64,000 bases of DNA from the human T2T-CHM13v2.0 reference genome, Homo sapiens, in NCBI RefSeq assembly GCF_009914755.1, contig NC_060930.1, one strand, 5' to 3'. Made by a program: the position numbers and the translations under genes. Within the stretch, counting starts at the first letter, position 1. Every line of letters begins with the position of its first letter. Under the pieces are notes generated by a model. The model searched no databases. It was not told the origin of the DNA and was given only the letters and a program-made list of their open reading frames with translations. Below, piece by piece: positions 14,710 to 28,169 of the stretch.

Positions 14710-14715
14710 TTTATT
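14710..14715 (-). terminator. Proximal polyadenylation signal AATAAA (candidate)
   Basis: Plus-strand tttatt about 0.56 kb downstream of the stop. Confidence 0.45.
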
Positions 14716-15278
14716 GTTTCTTGCTTCACAAATGTATATATAGATGTGTCAATAAAACAATGAGACATTTAAACTACTTCCAATTAAATGATATTTACCT
14801 TGCAAGATGAGACTGAACTCTGTTTGCTTTGTGGATTCCTTTAATGATTGATTTAAAGTAGAAGTAAAATTTTAAAAGTGAAGAATTATTACTGGATGTT
14901 AGTTGTGCAGGGAAGATAATCAGAGTGGTTGAAAATATGGGGAAGGTGGGGGTGGGAGTTGAACCACATAAGACCTATTTTAGCCCAGGTTACTGTTGAG
15001 GGACCCAGTTATACCATAAGTTGAATTATGCCAACTTAAAAACTATAAATCACATGATTTAAATTTAAGGCAGGTGTTGGACTTGACCTTTTACTCCAGC
15101 ACTAAGAAAGTTTAAAACAGTGTTACTTCAGGATGTATCAGGATGGGAGTTAAGGTCTCCAGCATGATTAAAATCAGTGAAATTTAGCAGAAGCTACTGA
15201 ACTATAGCAAAAGACATGAATCCAACAGACATCTCCTCCTCATCGTCACAGCATAGAACAGTTGAAAATAACAAAGAC

Positions 15279-15406
15279 CTATTTTATCTCAGTGTCACAC
15301 AGACAAGTGGCTTTACAGAATAGGATAGTTGTTGAGTGGTTGCATCCCAGATAATGGACTTGTATGTCACAGTCGAAGTATTCATCATAGTAGATGCAGG
15401 GGTTAG
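15279..15406 (-). CDS. CRISP1: CRISP1 exon 8 coding part (ICR / ShKT-like domain), aa 208-249 + stop
   Basis: ttttctttcag|CT AAC CCC TGC...ATA AAA TAG, 128 nt. Encodes (T)[41 protein letters not shown], with six Cys and an NHS sequon. All exons sum to 750 nt. Confidence 0.97.
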
Positions 15407-16269
15407 CTGAAAGAAAATAGTATGGTTTTACAACACAGTCTTTTAAAAATCGCATTTGCTGAGGAAAGAGACCATCTTATTAAAGACAAAAAGAGAAATT
15501 TTTATTAACAATTGCTAACTAAATTTAATTAGCATAAGCTAACTAAATCTGAATGCAAAACAGGTGATAAGATCATGTATGAAAAGAAAAAGGTAAAATT
15601 TTTGTCTTTGTGTAAAACAGGTTTTTATCACAATTTTTTAAGTCCAATATAAACAGATTGGAGAGGAATCATATTTTTAATTACACTGTCATTTTGAAAG
15701 TATTAACTATGCCATTGCAATATAAAATATTCATAATTTTTTGTCTAATTATCTAATGCTGCATTATTTAATGGTTAAAGATTTGCTTTGGATTATTAAA
15801 AGTAATGTATAGCCAATGGAAAATGGAATTAAAAAGCACATATAGGATGGCATATATAATCTCTCCATCCACCCAGAGGTTATCTCAACTAACATTCTAG
15901 TGATTTTTCTCACCTTGCTCTATCCCATGGATGTGCACGCACCTACATCCTGGTACATACAGAGGCAGAAATGCACACGAAATTCTCCAATCAGTATGAA
16001 GATACCCAAAATTTTAAATTTGTGGCAATAGCACCAAAAAGCTTACCAAAATATTTTTTGACCTGAATTCTCTATCACAACTAACCAATGTATCTATTTG
16101 TCTCTATATAAAGGCAAAAATAACAATAATTTAATTCCCTCTCTCTTTTAAGATTTTCTGACCTTTATGCAGTCCTGAATTTGAATCTTGACAATGGAAA
16201 AATTTAAATTTTCCCATTATATCTCTTATCCTTCAATTATAAAGTTTGATCATTGCATGAAATTTATAA

Positions 16270-16601
<332 letters not shown>

Positions 16602-18399
16602 TACAAATTTTAAATTTACATTTATGTCTTACTGTTTATTATTTTAGTGAATATCCTTCTATGCTATACACATTTTCCTCTTCCTAAATTATTAAACTGA
16701 TTCACCTTCCAGGAACTTGGAGAATAACTACAGTAGATTTATCAAGGTGCAACAAGGAGATGAAATATGGATGTCATATTACTGCCAGAGCAATTGTATA
16801 TTTGATAGTGTATCTCTGCTTCTTTTTCCTACAATCAGTAATTTGCCAAAGTCATTACTCATTTTTTTTAAAAAATCAATTACCTATCTTTATCCTACTT
16901 TATTCTCTTATGTAGTATTCTGGTGAAATATGACTATCAGTGGATTTTTTTTTCTTTAGCAGTAACATATATTTTCTTTGAATCTGTAAAGTGTTGTAAT
17001 CCGTTGTTTTCTTTTATCTGTTGTTCTTAATTTATATACTTTCCTAATATTATAAGTAAGAATTATTTTTATAAATTTTATTTGAATTACATTAAATGAA
17101 TTATATCTGCATGTCTAGGTCTTACATTTTTAGCATTGTTTGTGCCCAATATGTTCAATTCTTAAGTTCATATATTCCTTTAATAGCTCTCACTTTCTCA
17201 AACACTTACAGGTGAAGAAAGGGCTTATGATATACATCATCTATGTGATATAATCAATCTTCTTGAATAACATTTCTCTTCCCTACTCTTCTTTCACTTC
17301 TATTAAATTGTTATACCACCACAGACATTGCTTTTCTCACCTAGATTCTAAAAATCTACTCAATTGCCATCCCTTCTCCTGCTAAGGCATAGGTAACTGG
17401 TTGATTTTTTTTTTTTTTTCCCGGTGGGGAGGAATCTCTCTCCATCTACATTTTTTTCCAGAAACGGGGTATAAAAAGTGAAGTGGATACAGAGAAAGAG
17501 AGAGGGAGACAGATAGAGAAGTAAATAAAAGAGTACAAGAGAAGAGAAACGAGAGAAAGGTAAAAGGAGGAAGAAGAATCCATTTTCTTTCTTACTTTAA
17601 AAGACAATAAAGTAACCTGGTTAGGTGAAGAAAAATAAGTGGCCTTTCAAGTCGGAGGTCACAGGATATTTTTCTTAGGTTTATTTTTTTCTCCACAGAC
17701 TTATTACTAGTATAATTTATCTTAATCAAGATTATTCCTAGAAATTAAGAAATTATGTTTGCAGGTAGGCTTCAAAAAGTGAAATTTGGCTATCTAAGGG
17801 AATAAACAGAAATGGCACGCATTTGGCTAAAGCTTTACCTTAGGTAAGATTTATTCAAGAAATTAAAAAAAAAAAAGAGGCTTTAAGGAATAATGTGAGC
17901 ATCAGCTAACTTTTTAGATGGTTCACAGGAACCAAAGAAGAATAAGGATCACTCAGTAAAAATTGCATGCCACAATAAGTGGTCAGGCAACCTGGGTAGG
18001 TAGTCATGGAGGGGCAAGCAATTGGAGAACACCGGTAAACTGAAAGCAATGGGCCTAAATTATGGGTTGCAGTAAGGGGGTCCAAGAACTTTTTAGAGAG
18101 CAGAGAAAAATCTACACTTACCTCAATATTTTATCTAGGTTGACCCTAATTAAATATTTTAATCTGTTGGGTGGGAACTCGAGTTCTCAGACCTAGACTT
18201 TGTAATTTCCTTTGCCATAGGTTAAATCAATGGTTTTCAGTCACTCTGGCAATTGGGGAGGGGTAAGCAGAAATAATTTGTACATGAATGAGATGAAAGT
18301 TGTAGAAAAGTGCGATGTTTTTTAATGCTTAATTTAAAGGATGTATGGTTCCCAGATCAATGGGTTAACTGTAAACAAACAGAATGCAAACAAACTTAC

Positions 18400-18488
18400 T
18401 GCAAAGTTTGTCTTCACAGTTACTTGGGCAGGCTTCACATGGGACGCCTGTCTTATAAGGTTCATTCTTTGTTTCAGGATCATTTCCC
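18400..18488 (-). CDS. CRISP1: CRISP1 exon 7 (hinge region), aa 178-208
   Basis: ttttttattcaag|G GGA AAT...TGC A|gtaagt, 89 nt. Encodes [29 protein letters not shown], visible inside ORF 18365..18562. Confidence 0.97.
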
Positions 18489-19113
18489 CTTGAATAAAAA
18501 AAAGTGATTTCATAAAACCCATCTTTGAAAAACTCACATAAAACTTTACTCACAGTGTACAACCAATTTTAAAAACAAATTGTGTAAACATTCTTGTAAA
18601 GAACAGTGATAATTTTTAAGATGGGTGTGAGATTTCCAATCTTACAGCTATAATATTTTTTAGCACGTAGAACCAATAAATGTGAGTGACATGAAAATAT
18701 TTTTCAGTCAATGTGCACATCTCGTTGGACAGTCAAGTCCTAACAGTACTTGGGAACTTTGGGTACTCCCAAGTACAAGCAAGGGGACTCACAAGCAAGA
18801 GGGCTTTAGAGCCAATTACAATAGAACATTCTTCATTAATACCTATAAGGACTTGGTAAACCATCATTTAAAAGGGCATGATTCTTACCAATGTTAAGAA
18901 GAAAATCTCAAGTGAGGCAAGTTAGAGAGGTTCTAACTCCATCTTGCACTATGTTATAAGAAACTTTTTACATGTTAATGTCTTTTATTGAAAGAGATGG
19001 TGTATATAAAAGATGAAAGTACATCAGCATGGATAAAACTAAAGTGCTGGGGTGTGGGAAAGAAAGTAGATGAGAAGTTCTAGTTCTGGACTAATTTGAA
19101 ACTTTAGAAAAGA

Positions 19114-19430
19114 CGGGCAGGGCTCAATGACTTATCCCTGTAATCCCAGCACTTTGAGAGGGCAAAGTGGAAGGATTGCTTGAGCCCGAAAGTTTGAGAA
19201 AAGCCTGGGCAAAAAAAAAGCATCTTCATATCTACAAAAAAAAAAAAAAAAAAAAAAAAAAATTAGTTAGGCCTGGTGGCGTATGCCTGTAGTTCCAGAT
19301 ACTTGGAAGGCTGAGGTGGGAGGATAGCTGGAGCCCAGAAGGTCAATACTACAGGGAGCTATGTTGACACCTCTGCACTCCAGCCTGGGTGACAGAACAA
19401 GGCCCTATCTCAAAAGGAAAAACAAAAAAG
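19114..19430 (+). mobile_element. AluJ, full length, in CRISP1 intron 6 (antisense to the gene)
   Basis: AluJ diagnostics (ggattgcttgagccc in the left arm, ggatagctggagcccagaaggtcaa in the right arm), expanded middle A tract, TSD agaaaagac. Confidence 0.9.
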
Positions 19431-20858
19431 AAAAGACAATTCTTACCCATGTATGTCTAAAAACATAATGTAGATAATATCTGCTTCTAAATACAACTTT
19501 AAAAAGTAAATGTTCTGGTTTTAAAAAGCCTTTTTAAATATGATATTTGTTTATCTGAGCTGCTAAAATTTCACTTTGAAAAGAAGATTATTACTAAATT
19601 CAGTAAGAGATTTAATGAGAGACTTGGACTAATCTTCAACCAAGAAAATTCCCCATCATAGATCTCCATGTTTTGTACTTTTCTTTTTTGGATCAGTTGA
19701 AGTTCACTGCAGACTACCAACCCTTGAAAACATGTATCACAAATGATGTGTTGTAGCAGCAAAGAGATTTTATTGTCTTCAGCACAATTTATATATAACT
19801 CATATAGAGTTATTATATGGTGATATTACACTCTGAATCAATAGTGATAGTGGTGGCGCCACTGAAAATGTGAAGTATGGCAGTGTGTTTTCAAATAAAT
19901 CATGTTCATTGATTTATACTGAACATTTTGTATTGTGCTACATACATGGGAGGCAGTGGTTAAGCACCATGCATTGAGTTCACATTATGTAGGAAAGACT
20001 TATGTGTTAATCTAAGAAATACATGTAGCTGAAGGAGATATATGATGGCGTCACTGACTTTTATCAGCAGAAGTGCAGAAGTGATATTGAACTGGCATTT
20101 GTAGTCAAATATCAGGCAGTTCTATCCAGCTCTGAATAATCTTCACTTTTCTGATAACCGTCACTGGAGCCACACAGTTGGGCCCTGCAGTCATCCTTGT
20201 CTTACTTGATCTTGCTTCATAATCACAGTTGATAGGAGAAGAAGGTGCAGCAGAACCTTACTGAAACAATCAGATTAAATTTTCTAGGAATTGTGACTAG
20301 TATCTGTGGTAGAATCTGTAACATGTATATTTAATTTTTAAAGAGAAGACATGCAACAACTTTTTGACTAGATAGCTAAATACAGGGAAAGACACTTGGC
20401 TCTTTCTATTTGTTTCCTTGTTAAGACTCCACTGCATGTCTGTCCTTTTGGTCTAACAATACTCTTGTTTTGTTGAAGTAAATGTCCTTGTTTCTTTGCT
20501 TAATCAAATTTGTTTCTCTTATATAATAATTACCTGAAGAATCAATGACACATAGGAAGACTGCTGGTAAATTGCTCTGAAAATATATTGGAGTTTTTTT
20601 TAAATAAGAGAAAATACAGTCAAAGGAATAAAATAATATATAACTAAATATGTGTTTTCACATAACTAGGAAGTAGTCAAGACTCAAACTACAGATTGTG
20701 TAACCATTCATCTTTGAAGGACATCTGGGTTATTTCCAGCTCTTGTCTATTATGAATAAAGTTGCTACAAACATTTATGCACACAAAAAAACAATGTTTG
20801 AAAAACTAGATTAGGTTACTTTAGGGGGATATATATTTTAAAAACTAATAATACATAC

Positions 20859-20956
20859 TCATGACAATAGTGACAAACGTAGAGATATCGAGGTGATCCT
20901 TGTTGGCGGCAAGATGCAATGGCACAGCCAATCAGGTAAGATGTGGCCCAAACAAT
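20859..20956 (-). CDS. CRISP1: CRISP1 exon 6, aa 146-178
   Basis: atcattgcag|ATT...CAT GA|gtatgt, 98 nt. Encodes [32 protein letters not shown]+2 nt (completes the HYTQIVW and YVCHYC signatures). Confidence 0.97.
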
Positions 20957-21679
20957 CTGCAATGATAAAGAGTTGTTTTATTACAGATTAAATATTTTAC
21001 TAAATGACTATAATATCCATATTGTCATCCATGATTAAAAGTAAACATGTTGCTTTTAGGTTTACTTTGGGCATGGCTTAATAAGAAGTCATAGAAACAA
21101 AAGGACTCCCACGTGTCTGGATACCACACATGCATGTACACGCACATAGCTGCACACAATGGAAACCAGGTGGAGAAAATCAGCTGACGGGGAGGATGAC
21201 TTGATGATTGACATTGTCTCTATTTTTTGTCAGTTTTTCTTTTTGAAAGTAAGTTGGGCTTCTAGATGTAATTTCTAATTTTAACAAAACCCAATGTTCA
21301 TTTTCTCTGGGATAGGAGAGATGGGTAGAGAGAGGGTAAAGGTCCAAAAGGTAGCGTTGATCATTTTGCTATGAACAGGCTGATGTTCAAAGAGGACTTG
21401 AGTGTTGCCTTTCTGTACATGGGCCGTACATGACTGTGCATGGGATTCATTTCTCTGATCTTATCCAGTATACTCAGGGATGATCAAAACTCTGTGTCAA
21501 TTCTCCATGACTCATTGGAACGAAACATGAGTGGCTGTCATCAACGCTGGCTCATTCTCCCCTTCTCATCAAATTTATGTGGACAAGATAACTTATCAGT
21601 TTACATAATGAAGGCTGCTTGGTGGTTATATAAAAATCAAAGCTTGGAAGAAACTTTTCTTATCGGTCAGTGAACAGGC

Positions 21680-21910
21680 ATACTGTAGAGTACTGAGTTG
21701 GTTTTTGAGGAAAAGTGAGCCAGGTTTAAATTCCATCATTTACTTCTTGGGTAGGGTATACTTAGAAGTTTGCTTTATGCCTCTGAGTTTCATTTTCTCA
21801 GCTGTAAAATGGGATACAACAACGCTGTCCTCTACATCATAAGTGAATGGTAGGATTAAACATTCAAATATTTAAGTGGTTCAAAAGGAGATGTTTTCAG
21901 TAAGTGTGAT
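21680..21910 (+). mobile_element. MIR
   Basis: ccaggtttaaattcc...gcctctgagttttcattttctcagctgtaaaatgggata...ggattaaa. Confidence 0.75.
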
Positions 21911-23419
21911 TGTTCTCACTCGCCCTCCCTGCCTTATGTGAGCCTGGGTAGCTTTCTCACAGTCCTAGAGACTTTCCTCACATTTCTGTTCATGTTCTTG
22001 ATTAGAGAACATGTTTGTATGACTCTTTTAGATAAAATATTGTTTTCTCTTTACAAAGAGAGTCATGCATGGGTGCCAATCTCTCCACACCATATGGCTT
22101 TTAATTATCTGCGGCTAACCTAGGCTTTTACTAAAACTATTGCTCTATCTGGGCATAAAAATTTTATAATGTAGATTCTTTGTTTGCAGGTTCTTACTAA
22201 CATTTTCTACCAATGAGTATTTTCCGTAAGAGACCCTGTTGAACTCAGAATCTAATGGAGCACATAACCTGAAACATGATTTTAATAAAAATGCAGCTGA
22301 ACATCTATTTTGCTATGTTCTCTCTCTATATTAATTGGTAATAAGATTATTGAACTTAATTTATTCATTTATTCTTTTAACTCATAGCAAAGAAAAATTG
22401 AAAATGAAACTTTTTTCATTAGGTCTTCAGACACAAATGATTGTAGAAAAAGAGCTTTTATTTTACAAAATTTTTCTATGAACATACTAATGTATTTATA
22501 CAAGGCTACAGAAAATGTCGGAAAATGTCTGGAAAAGCCTTGTGGTATATTCCCCCACTGGGCCTGCTGTCATGGGCTTACTCACCTTCGCATTAATGTT
22601 CTTGCTGTTCAGTTCATTCTGCTTGGAACCCTGTATTCTGCTACTTGCCCTTCCCTGCGCTCAGCTGCTTCTGATTTTTAGAACATTAGGTGAAATGAAG
22701 TTCCCATCTCTCAAGTGCATATGAAAGATTAAGAGCTGTGTAAAGACCACTTGACTAGGATTCAGATCTGGGTTCTAGTCCTAGCTCCTCCATTTGCTAG
22801 TCATGAGAGGAATCCATAACTGGTGGAATGTAAAATGTTTCTATATTCTACTGTGTTAAATTTTAAGCAAATGAAAGCGAATTTCTCTGATTTCATTGTC
22901 TTCATTCCTGGAAACAGGAAATGAGAGAAATCATTTTGATAAAACGTGTTCTATTTTGAAAGTGACACCGATTCACTTTGAAGGAGACAAATCAAGATTA
23001 TCTGAAGGTGATGGAATTCAGTTAATATACCACAGCGATGAGATAATGCTTTTGTGATAAAATTAGTGTGTTAGTTGACTTATATAGGAAATAGAAGGTT
23101 TGAATCCAGGCCACAAATTTCTTAGATTTTTAGCTTTCTAGATATTTATTGTATTTTTATCCTTTAATCCTTTAATAAGGTAAATTATATGATTAGTTTA
23201 ATGTTAAGATACTCCTGGATTCCTGCCACATACCCTTTGTGTCTAAGTGTATCAATCTTAAAAGAAAATGCTATTTACTAGTGTTTTATTTAGGATTTCT
23301 GCATTAATTTCTGTGATTATGCCTCTTTTTTATATGCTTTATCTTCATTGGCTTTTAACATCAAATTTAAGTAGGCTTTATTTCAAGTGGATTTTATTTT
23401 AGATTTTGTGTAACTTACC

Positions 23420-25440
23420 AATGGGCACATGTGAGAACATAGTGAAAGGAAGCAGTCTTTAAGCCAGAAGGAGAATCCTCTCAAGAAACTAACTATGCTG
23501 GCACTCTAATCTTGGACTTCCAGCCTTTGTGAATTCAATAAAATAAACTTCTGTGGTTTAAGTCATTCAGGAATGTGATATTTTGTTATGGTAGACTGAG
23601 CACACTAAAACAGATTTTGGTATCAAGAACTGAGATGCTGCTTCAACAAATACCTAAAAATGTGGAAGCAGCCTTGGAATTGGATAATGGGTAGAGACTG
23701 GAAGTTCTTAAGTGCATGCTATAAAAAGTGTAGATTGCCTTGAGGGGAGTGTTGATAGAAATAAGGGCATTAAAGTCTATTTTGTTGTGGTCTCAGATAT
23801 AAATGAGGGACATGTTCTTGGAAATTGGAAGAAAGGTAATCTTTGTTACAAAGTAGCAAACAAAATGGCTGCTGCCTTGTCTTCTAGTGTTTTGTGGAAG
23901 GCAGAAGTTGTGAATAACAAACATAGAAATTTAGCTGAGGAGATTTCAGAGCAAAGGATTGAAGGAGTGGTTTGGTTTCTCCTCATCACTTATAGTAACC
24001 TTCAAGAGGAGAGCAAGCAATTGAAGAAATCTTTATGCAAGGAAGAACCAGAACTTGAAGATTTACACAATCATTAGCCCATCTATATTGCAGAAAATGA
24101 GAAAGTATTTTCAAAAGAGAATCCTAAGGATGTCGCTGAACAACCATTAGATAAAGACACCATGGATATGATTTATGGATTTAATCATACATCTCAGCAG
24201 AAATAGAGGTGTGATTATGCAGTGGAGGTACTGCCAGTTTGAACTAAAGTGGACAGAGAAAACAGACCCAAGTGAAGGAAGGCTGTCCGACTTCTTAGAC
24301 TCTTCAGAATGACATGATAGAGATATTTCACTTCAAACATGCTTTATCTTTCAAGAAAAGGGAAGAATGACTCCCCAAATGTTTCAGAGATCATGAGGGC
24401 TCCCATGCCCACTACAGGTCCAGGGAGCAAGGCTGCTTCCTGCTTAGCTTCAAACAGTGTTGTCCCTGCAGATGATCTCTGAAAACAGCCATGTTAGCAG
24501 GGCCTCTTCTGAGAGTCATTTGATGAGGCTGCCTCACTGAGCTAAAGGGAAGAGGCTGCCTCACTGAGCTAAAGGGAAAAGGCTGCCCACAGAGCCATGG
24601 GTGATGCTGCCTCCAAGTTGGCCAAGAGTGCAGAGCATCAAACCAAAGAGAATTATTCTCAAGCCTTACTATCACATGAAATTTCTTTTGCCTGGTTTTG
24701 GATTTGCCTGGGACCCATTGCTGCTTCCTTTTCTATTTCTCTCTTTCGAAATGAGAATGTCTATCCTATGCCTGTCTTTCTGTTGTACTATGGAAGCATA
24801 TAACATTTTTTGTTTCATAGGTTCACTCCTGGCGAGAAATTTTACCTCTGGATGAATCACATCTTGAATCTCATGCATTTAGATAATATTTAGGTAAGAC
24901 TTTGGGCCTTAGACTTTAGAGTTGATACTGGAATAAATTAAGAATTTGAGGGCTCTTGGGATGGAACGAATCTATTTTGCATGTGAGGAAAAAATAAATT
25001 TGTTGGGGAGGGGCAATGGTACAATGTTATGAGCTGAATTCTTCCCCCAAAATTCGTATTCTGTACCTCTAACTTCCATCCAGTGTAGCTGTATCTGAAA
25101 ATAGAGTTTCTAAGGAAATAATTAAGATTAAATAAAGTCATACGACTTGGGCCCTGTTCCAGTAGGATTTGTGTCCTTACATGAACAGATGCTAGACAGC
25201 TTGCTCTTATGGTCTCTCTTGTCTCTGTCTCTATCCTTGACTCTCTCTGGCTCCTCTTTTGCACTGGGGAGAAGCCATGTTAGGACATTGTGAGAAGGTG
25301 TCAGGCAGAAAGCTTTCACTAGAAACTATGCTCTATTAAGATCATAGACTTCTAGGATACAAAATGTGGGAAAATAAAGTTCTGTTGTTTAATCCACCCA
25401 GCTGTGGTATTTTGTTATGGCATCCTAAGCAGATTAATAG
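23420..25440 (+). mobile_element. ERVL-MaLR provirus (MLT1A-like): partial 5' LTR about 23420-23611, internal region to about 25025, 3' LTR 25026-25440
   Basis: Both LTRs end in aataaa...ctgt(g/t)gtttaa...tattttgttatgg...taa(a/t)a. The internal region starts gattttggtatcaagaa and has MaLR-int text (aatacctaaaaatgtggaagcagccttggaattggataatgggtagagactgg), with a purine tract before the 3' LTR. Confidence 0.85.
24525..24578. repeat. Perfect 27-bp tandem duplication
   Basis: gaggctgcctcactgagctaaagggaa x2, inside the MaLR internal region. Confidence 0.95.
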
Positions 25441-26150
25441 AGCAAAGATGTGAAGAAATTGCAAATTTTGTAAATTGCTGGTGGGAACGTAAAATGGTGC
25501 AGCTGCAACAGAAAATATAATAGTACTCCAGTTTTTCAAATAATAAACACAGTATTCACATATGATCCAGTAATTCCTCTCCTTGGCATATGCCCAAAAC
25601 AATTGAAAGCAAGCACTCAAACAGATATTTTCACACCAATATTTAAAGCAGTATTATTCACAATAGCCAAAAAAAAAAAATGGAAACAACTCAAATGCCC
25701 ATCAGAACAGACAAGCAAAAGGTGATATACACATGCAATGAAATAGCATTTAGCCTTAAAAAAAAGAATACAATTCTGACACATGCTACAACATGGATGA
25801 ACATGGATTTAATATATCATGCTGAGTGAAATAAAGCAGACACAAAAGGACAAATATTGTATGTTTCCAAATTTATGAGGTACTTTGAGTAGTGAAATTC
25901 ACAGAGACAGAAAGTAGAGTGGTAGTTGCCAGAGGTCTGGGGAAGTAGGGAGAGGAATGGAAGGTATTGTTTAATGAGTACAGAGTTTCGGTTTGGGAAA
26001 ATGAAAATATTCTGGCGATGGCGTTGCACAACGATTTGAGTGGACTTATTGCCACTGAACATTCATGCCACATTAATGCTGAACATGAAACCATTTAAAA
26101 TAGTTAAAATGGTAATTTTTTAAATGTATATCTTACCACAATAAAACTAA
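25441..26150 (+). mobile_element. L1MB 3' end
   Basis: ttgctggtgggaacgtaaaatggtgcagc...gacacaaaaggacaaatattgtatg...cagagtttcggtttgggaaaatgaaaa...ttaccacaataaaa. Confidence 0.85.
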
Positions 26151-26481
26151 AGTTAGAAATCAGGGGTTTCTCTGTATTGTAAGGTACCATTATTTTCACT
26201 TTTACAAATACTACCAATATCAAATGAGATTGATGTCTTATGATTTTGTGAGTTCCTGAAAAATCTAGTGAGTAAAGAAGGATACTAAGAGGTTAAGCAT
26301 CTTCTCTAAGTCGTATTTTGAACAGAACACTTCCTTCTATTTCAAATTATAAGAGGAACTCAGTAAATTGAGTAAAGATTGCCATAAGAAGGTAGAATGA
26401 TTTTCAGTTGTTTCTTAGTTACGTTTCCACACACATGCTTATCTCTTAAACAATGTGTGTGTTTGCCAGCACACAGGTTAC

Positions 26482-26630
26482 CTGAGTGTAGTGGTCAGTA
26501 GTTATGTCATCATCCGTTGTTGTCCATTCTCCATGTTTGAAACTTGTAGACTCACTGTACCAGACTCCAATTACACTTGACCATGATACAGGATAAGATG
26601 TCATATGCATATTTTCTCCACAAAAGGTAT
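26482..26630 (-). CDS. CRISP1: CRISP1 exon 5, aa 96-145
   Basis: ctcatttcag|AT...CAG|gtaacc, 149 nt. Encodes (N)[49 protein letters not shown] (CGEN and HYTQ CAP motifs). Confidence 0.97.
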
Positions 26631-27240
26631 CTGAAATGAGAAAACGGGCTGGGTCATACTCTGAACAAATGGGAAATAGTATACAAGGAGACTTTCCTCA
26701 TTTTTATTTTATGAATGGTTCACTGATCATCTTGACAACATCTTCTGAGAGGGAGTAAAATAAGTTGTATCCCCACTGAAAATCTTTCTCATTGATGAAT
26801 GAGCATGTGGTACTCAAGTTTGGTGAAACGTTGATAGTAGGTGATGAACAAGTTTTGAAATCAAATCATCAACATTTCAGTCTCTGCTGCTTCCAAGCTG
26901 CTTTAGATAGGTGAAACCAAATCAGAGAAGCATAAGAGTGCTAACAGGGTCTATGGCTTAAAGGAAGCTACACACAGGTGTTCATAATACAAAGATGTTG
27001 AATAAACATTTGTTTATTTAGCCATTCATGTATGGTGTGGGCTTTTGGTTGAACATGGTATTCAGGAGTATCTGTCTTTTCTTAAGGCAGGCAGGAACCA
27101 CTTTGCTAATTCACTGCTAAAAAGCATTGGACTAAGATTCCAAATAATCTGTAGATATAAATGTGAATCAGCATTTTTAAAACATGTTAATTAAAAAAAG
27201 ATTCTCATGTTAAAATATAATGTTTATTCCTGAGTGAAGG

Positions 27241-27644
27241 TGATATAGTTTGGATGTCCCCTCCAAATCTCATGTTGAGATGTAATCCCCGTGTTGAAGG
27301 TGGGGCCTGACCGGAGACGTTTACCTCACGGTAGTGGATTCCTCAAAGAACTTGGTGCTGTCTTCATAATGGTGAGTGAGTTCTCATGAGATCTGGTTGT
27401 TTAAAAGTATGTGGCACCCCCCAACTCTCTCTCTCTTGCTCCCTCTCTCACCATGTGAGACACTTGCTCCCCCTTCACCTTCTGCCATGATTGTAAGCTT
27501 CCTAAGGTCTCACCAAAAGCCAAGTAGATGTGGGTGCCATGCTTCCTGTACAGCCCGCAGAGTCATAAGCTAATGAAATCTCTTCTTAATAAATTACCAA
27601 GGCTCAGGTATTTCTTTACAGCAACACAAAAACAGCGTAACACA
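27241..27644 (+). mobile_element. MST (MSTA/B) solo LTR
   Basis: tgatatagtttggatgtcccctccaaatctcatgttg...ttctgccatgattgtaagcttcc...ctcaggtatttctttacagcaa...taacaca. 5-bp TSD gaagg/gaagc. Confidence 0.9.
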
Positions 27645-27933
27645 GAAGCAATAATGTTTTTTTTATTATTTCCTGGAAACTAGCAGTAAGTTACCTAATT
27701 TATATGCTTTAAGATGGGCTCATTTTTGAGCACCTAAAATTGTCTTATGGGCAGCTGAGCAGGGCTGCATATAACTTATTTCTCAACTGCATTATCGTTC
27801 CAAAGCTAAGCAGATCCCCATGGTGCTATTGTTCAGTAGCTATAGTAACTCCACAGAATGGAGACCTAGGTTTCTAGCTGCTCACTCCACTCTTCTGCAA
27901 TACTGAGATTTTTTATTCATTTCTCCTGATGGT

Positions 27934-27978
27934 CAGAACTTGGAATCTGAAAACTCCAGAACTTGGAATCTGAAAACT
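27934..27978. repeat. 23-bp-period tandem duplication
   Basis: cagaacttggaatctgaaaact(c) x2, about 190 bp into intron 4. Confidence 0.95.
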
Positions 27979-28169
27979 TAAAGATATAAACCTTAAAAAT
28001 TAATGAGTTAAAACAGTGTAATAGTCCACAATTCACTGCCTTGTATGACCCAGTGCAAATGAGGAAATCTAGATGACTTAATTTACTTTCATCAGGGTAC
28101 ATAACAATCCCTGTTTTACTATTTTTTTTTTTTTTAGTCCAAAGGCGGGTCATATAGATACACACTTAC

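Larger units (their letters stand above)
14220..15278 (-). other. CRISP1: CRISP1 3'UTR (to the distal poly(A) site)
   Basis: Follows the TAG. AATAAA on the minus strand at 14715-14710 and 14246-14241, ATTAAA at 14845-14840. The exact 3' end is inferred. Confidence 0.75.

Noticed and set aside
18365-18562. 65-aa Cys-rich ORF as a standalone peptide gene
   Set aside because: It is CRISP1 exon 7 plus open intronic flanks.
23712-24077. 121-aa ORF
   Set aside because: Remnant of the MaLR internal ORF, flanked by stops and starting at GTG. No evidence of domestication.
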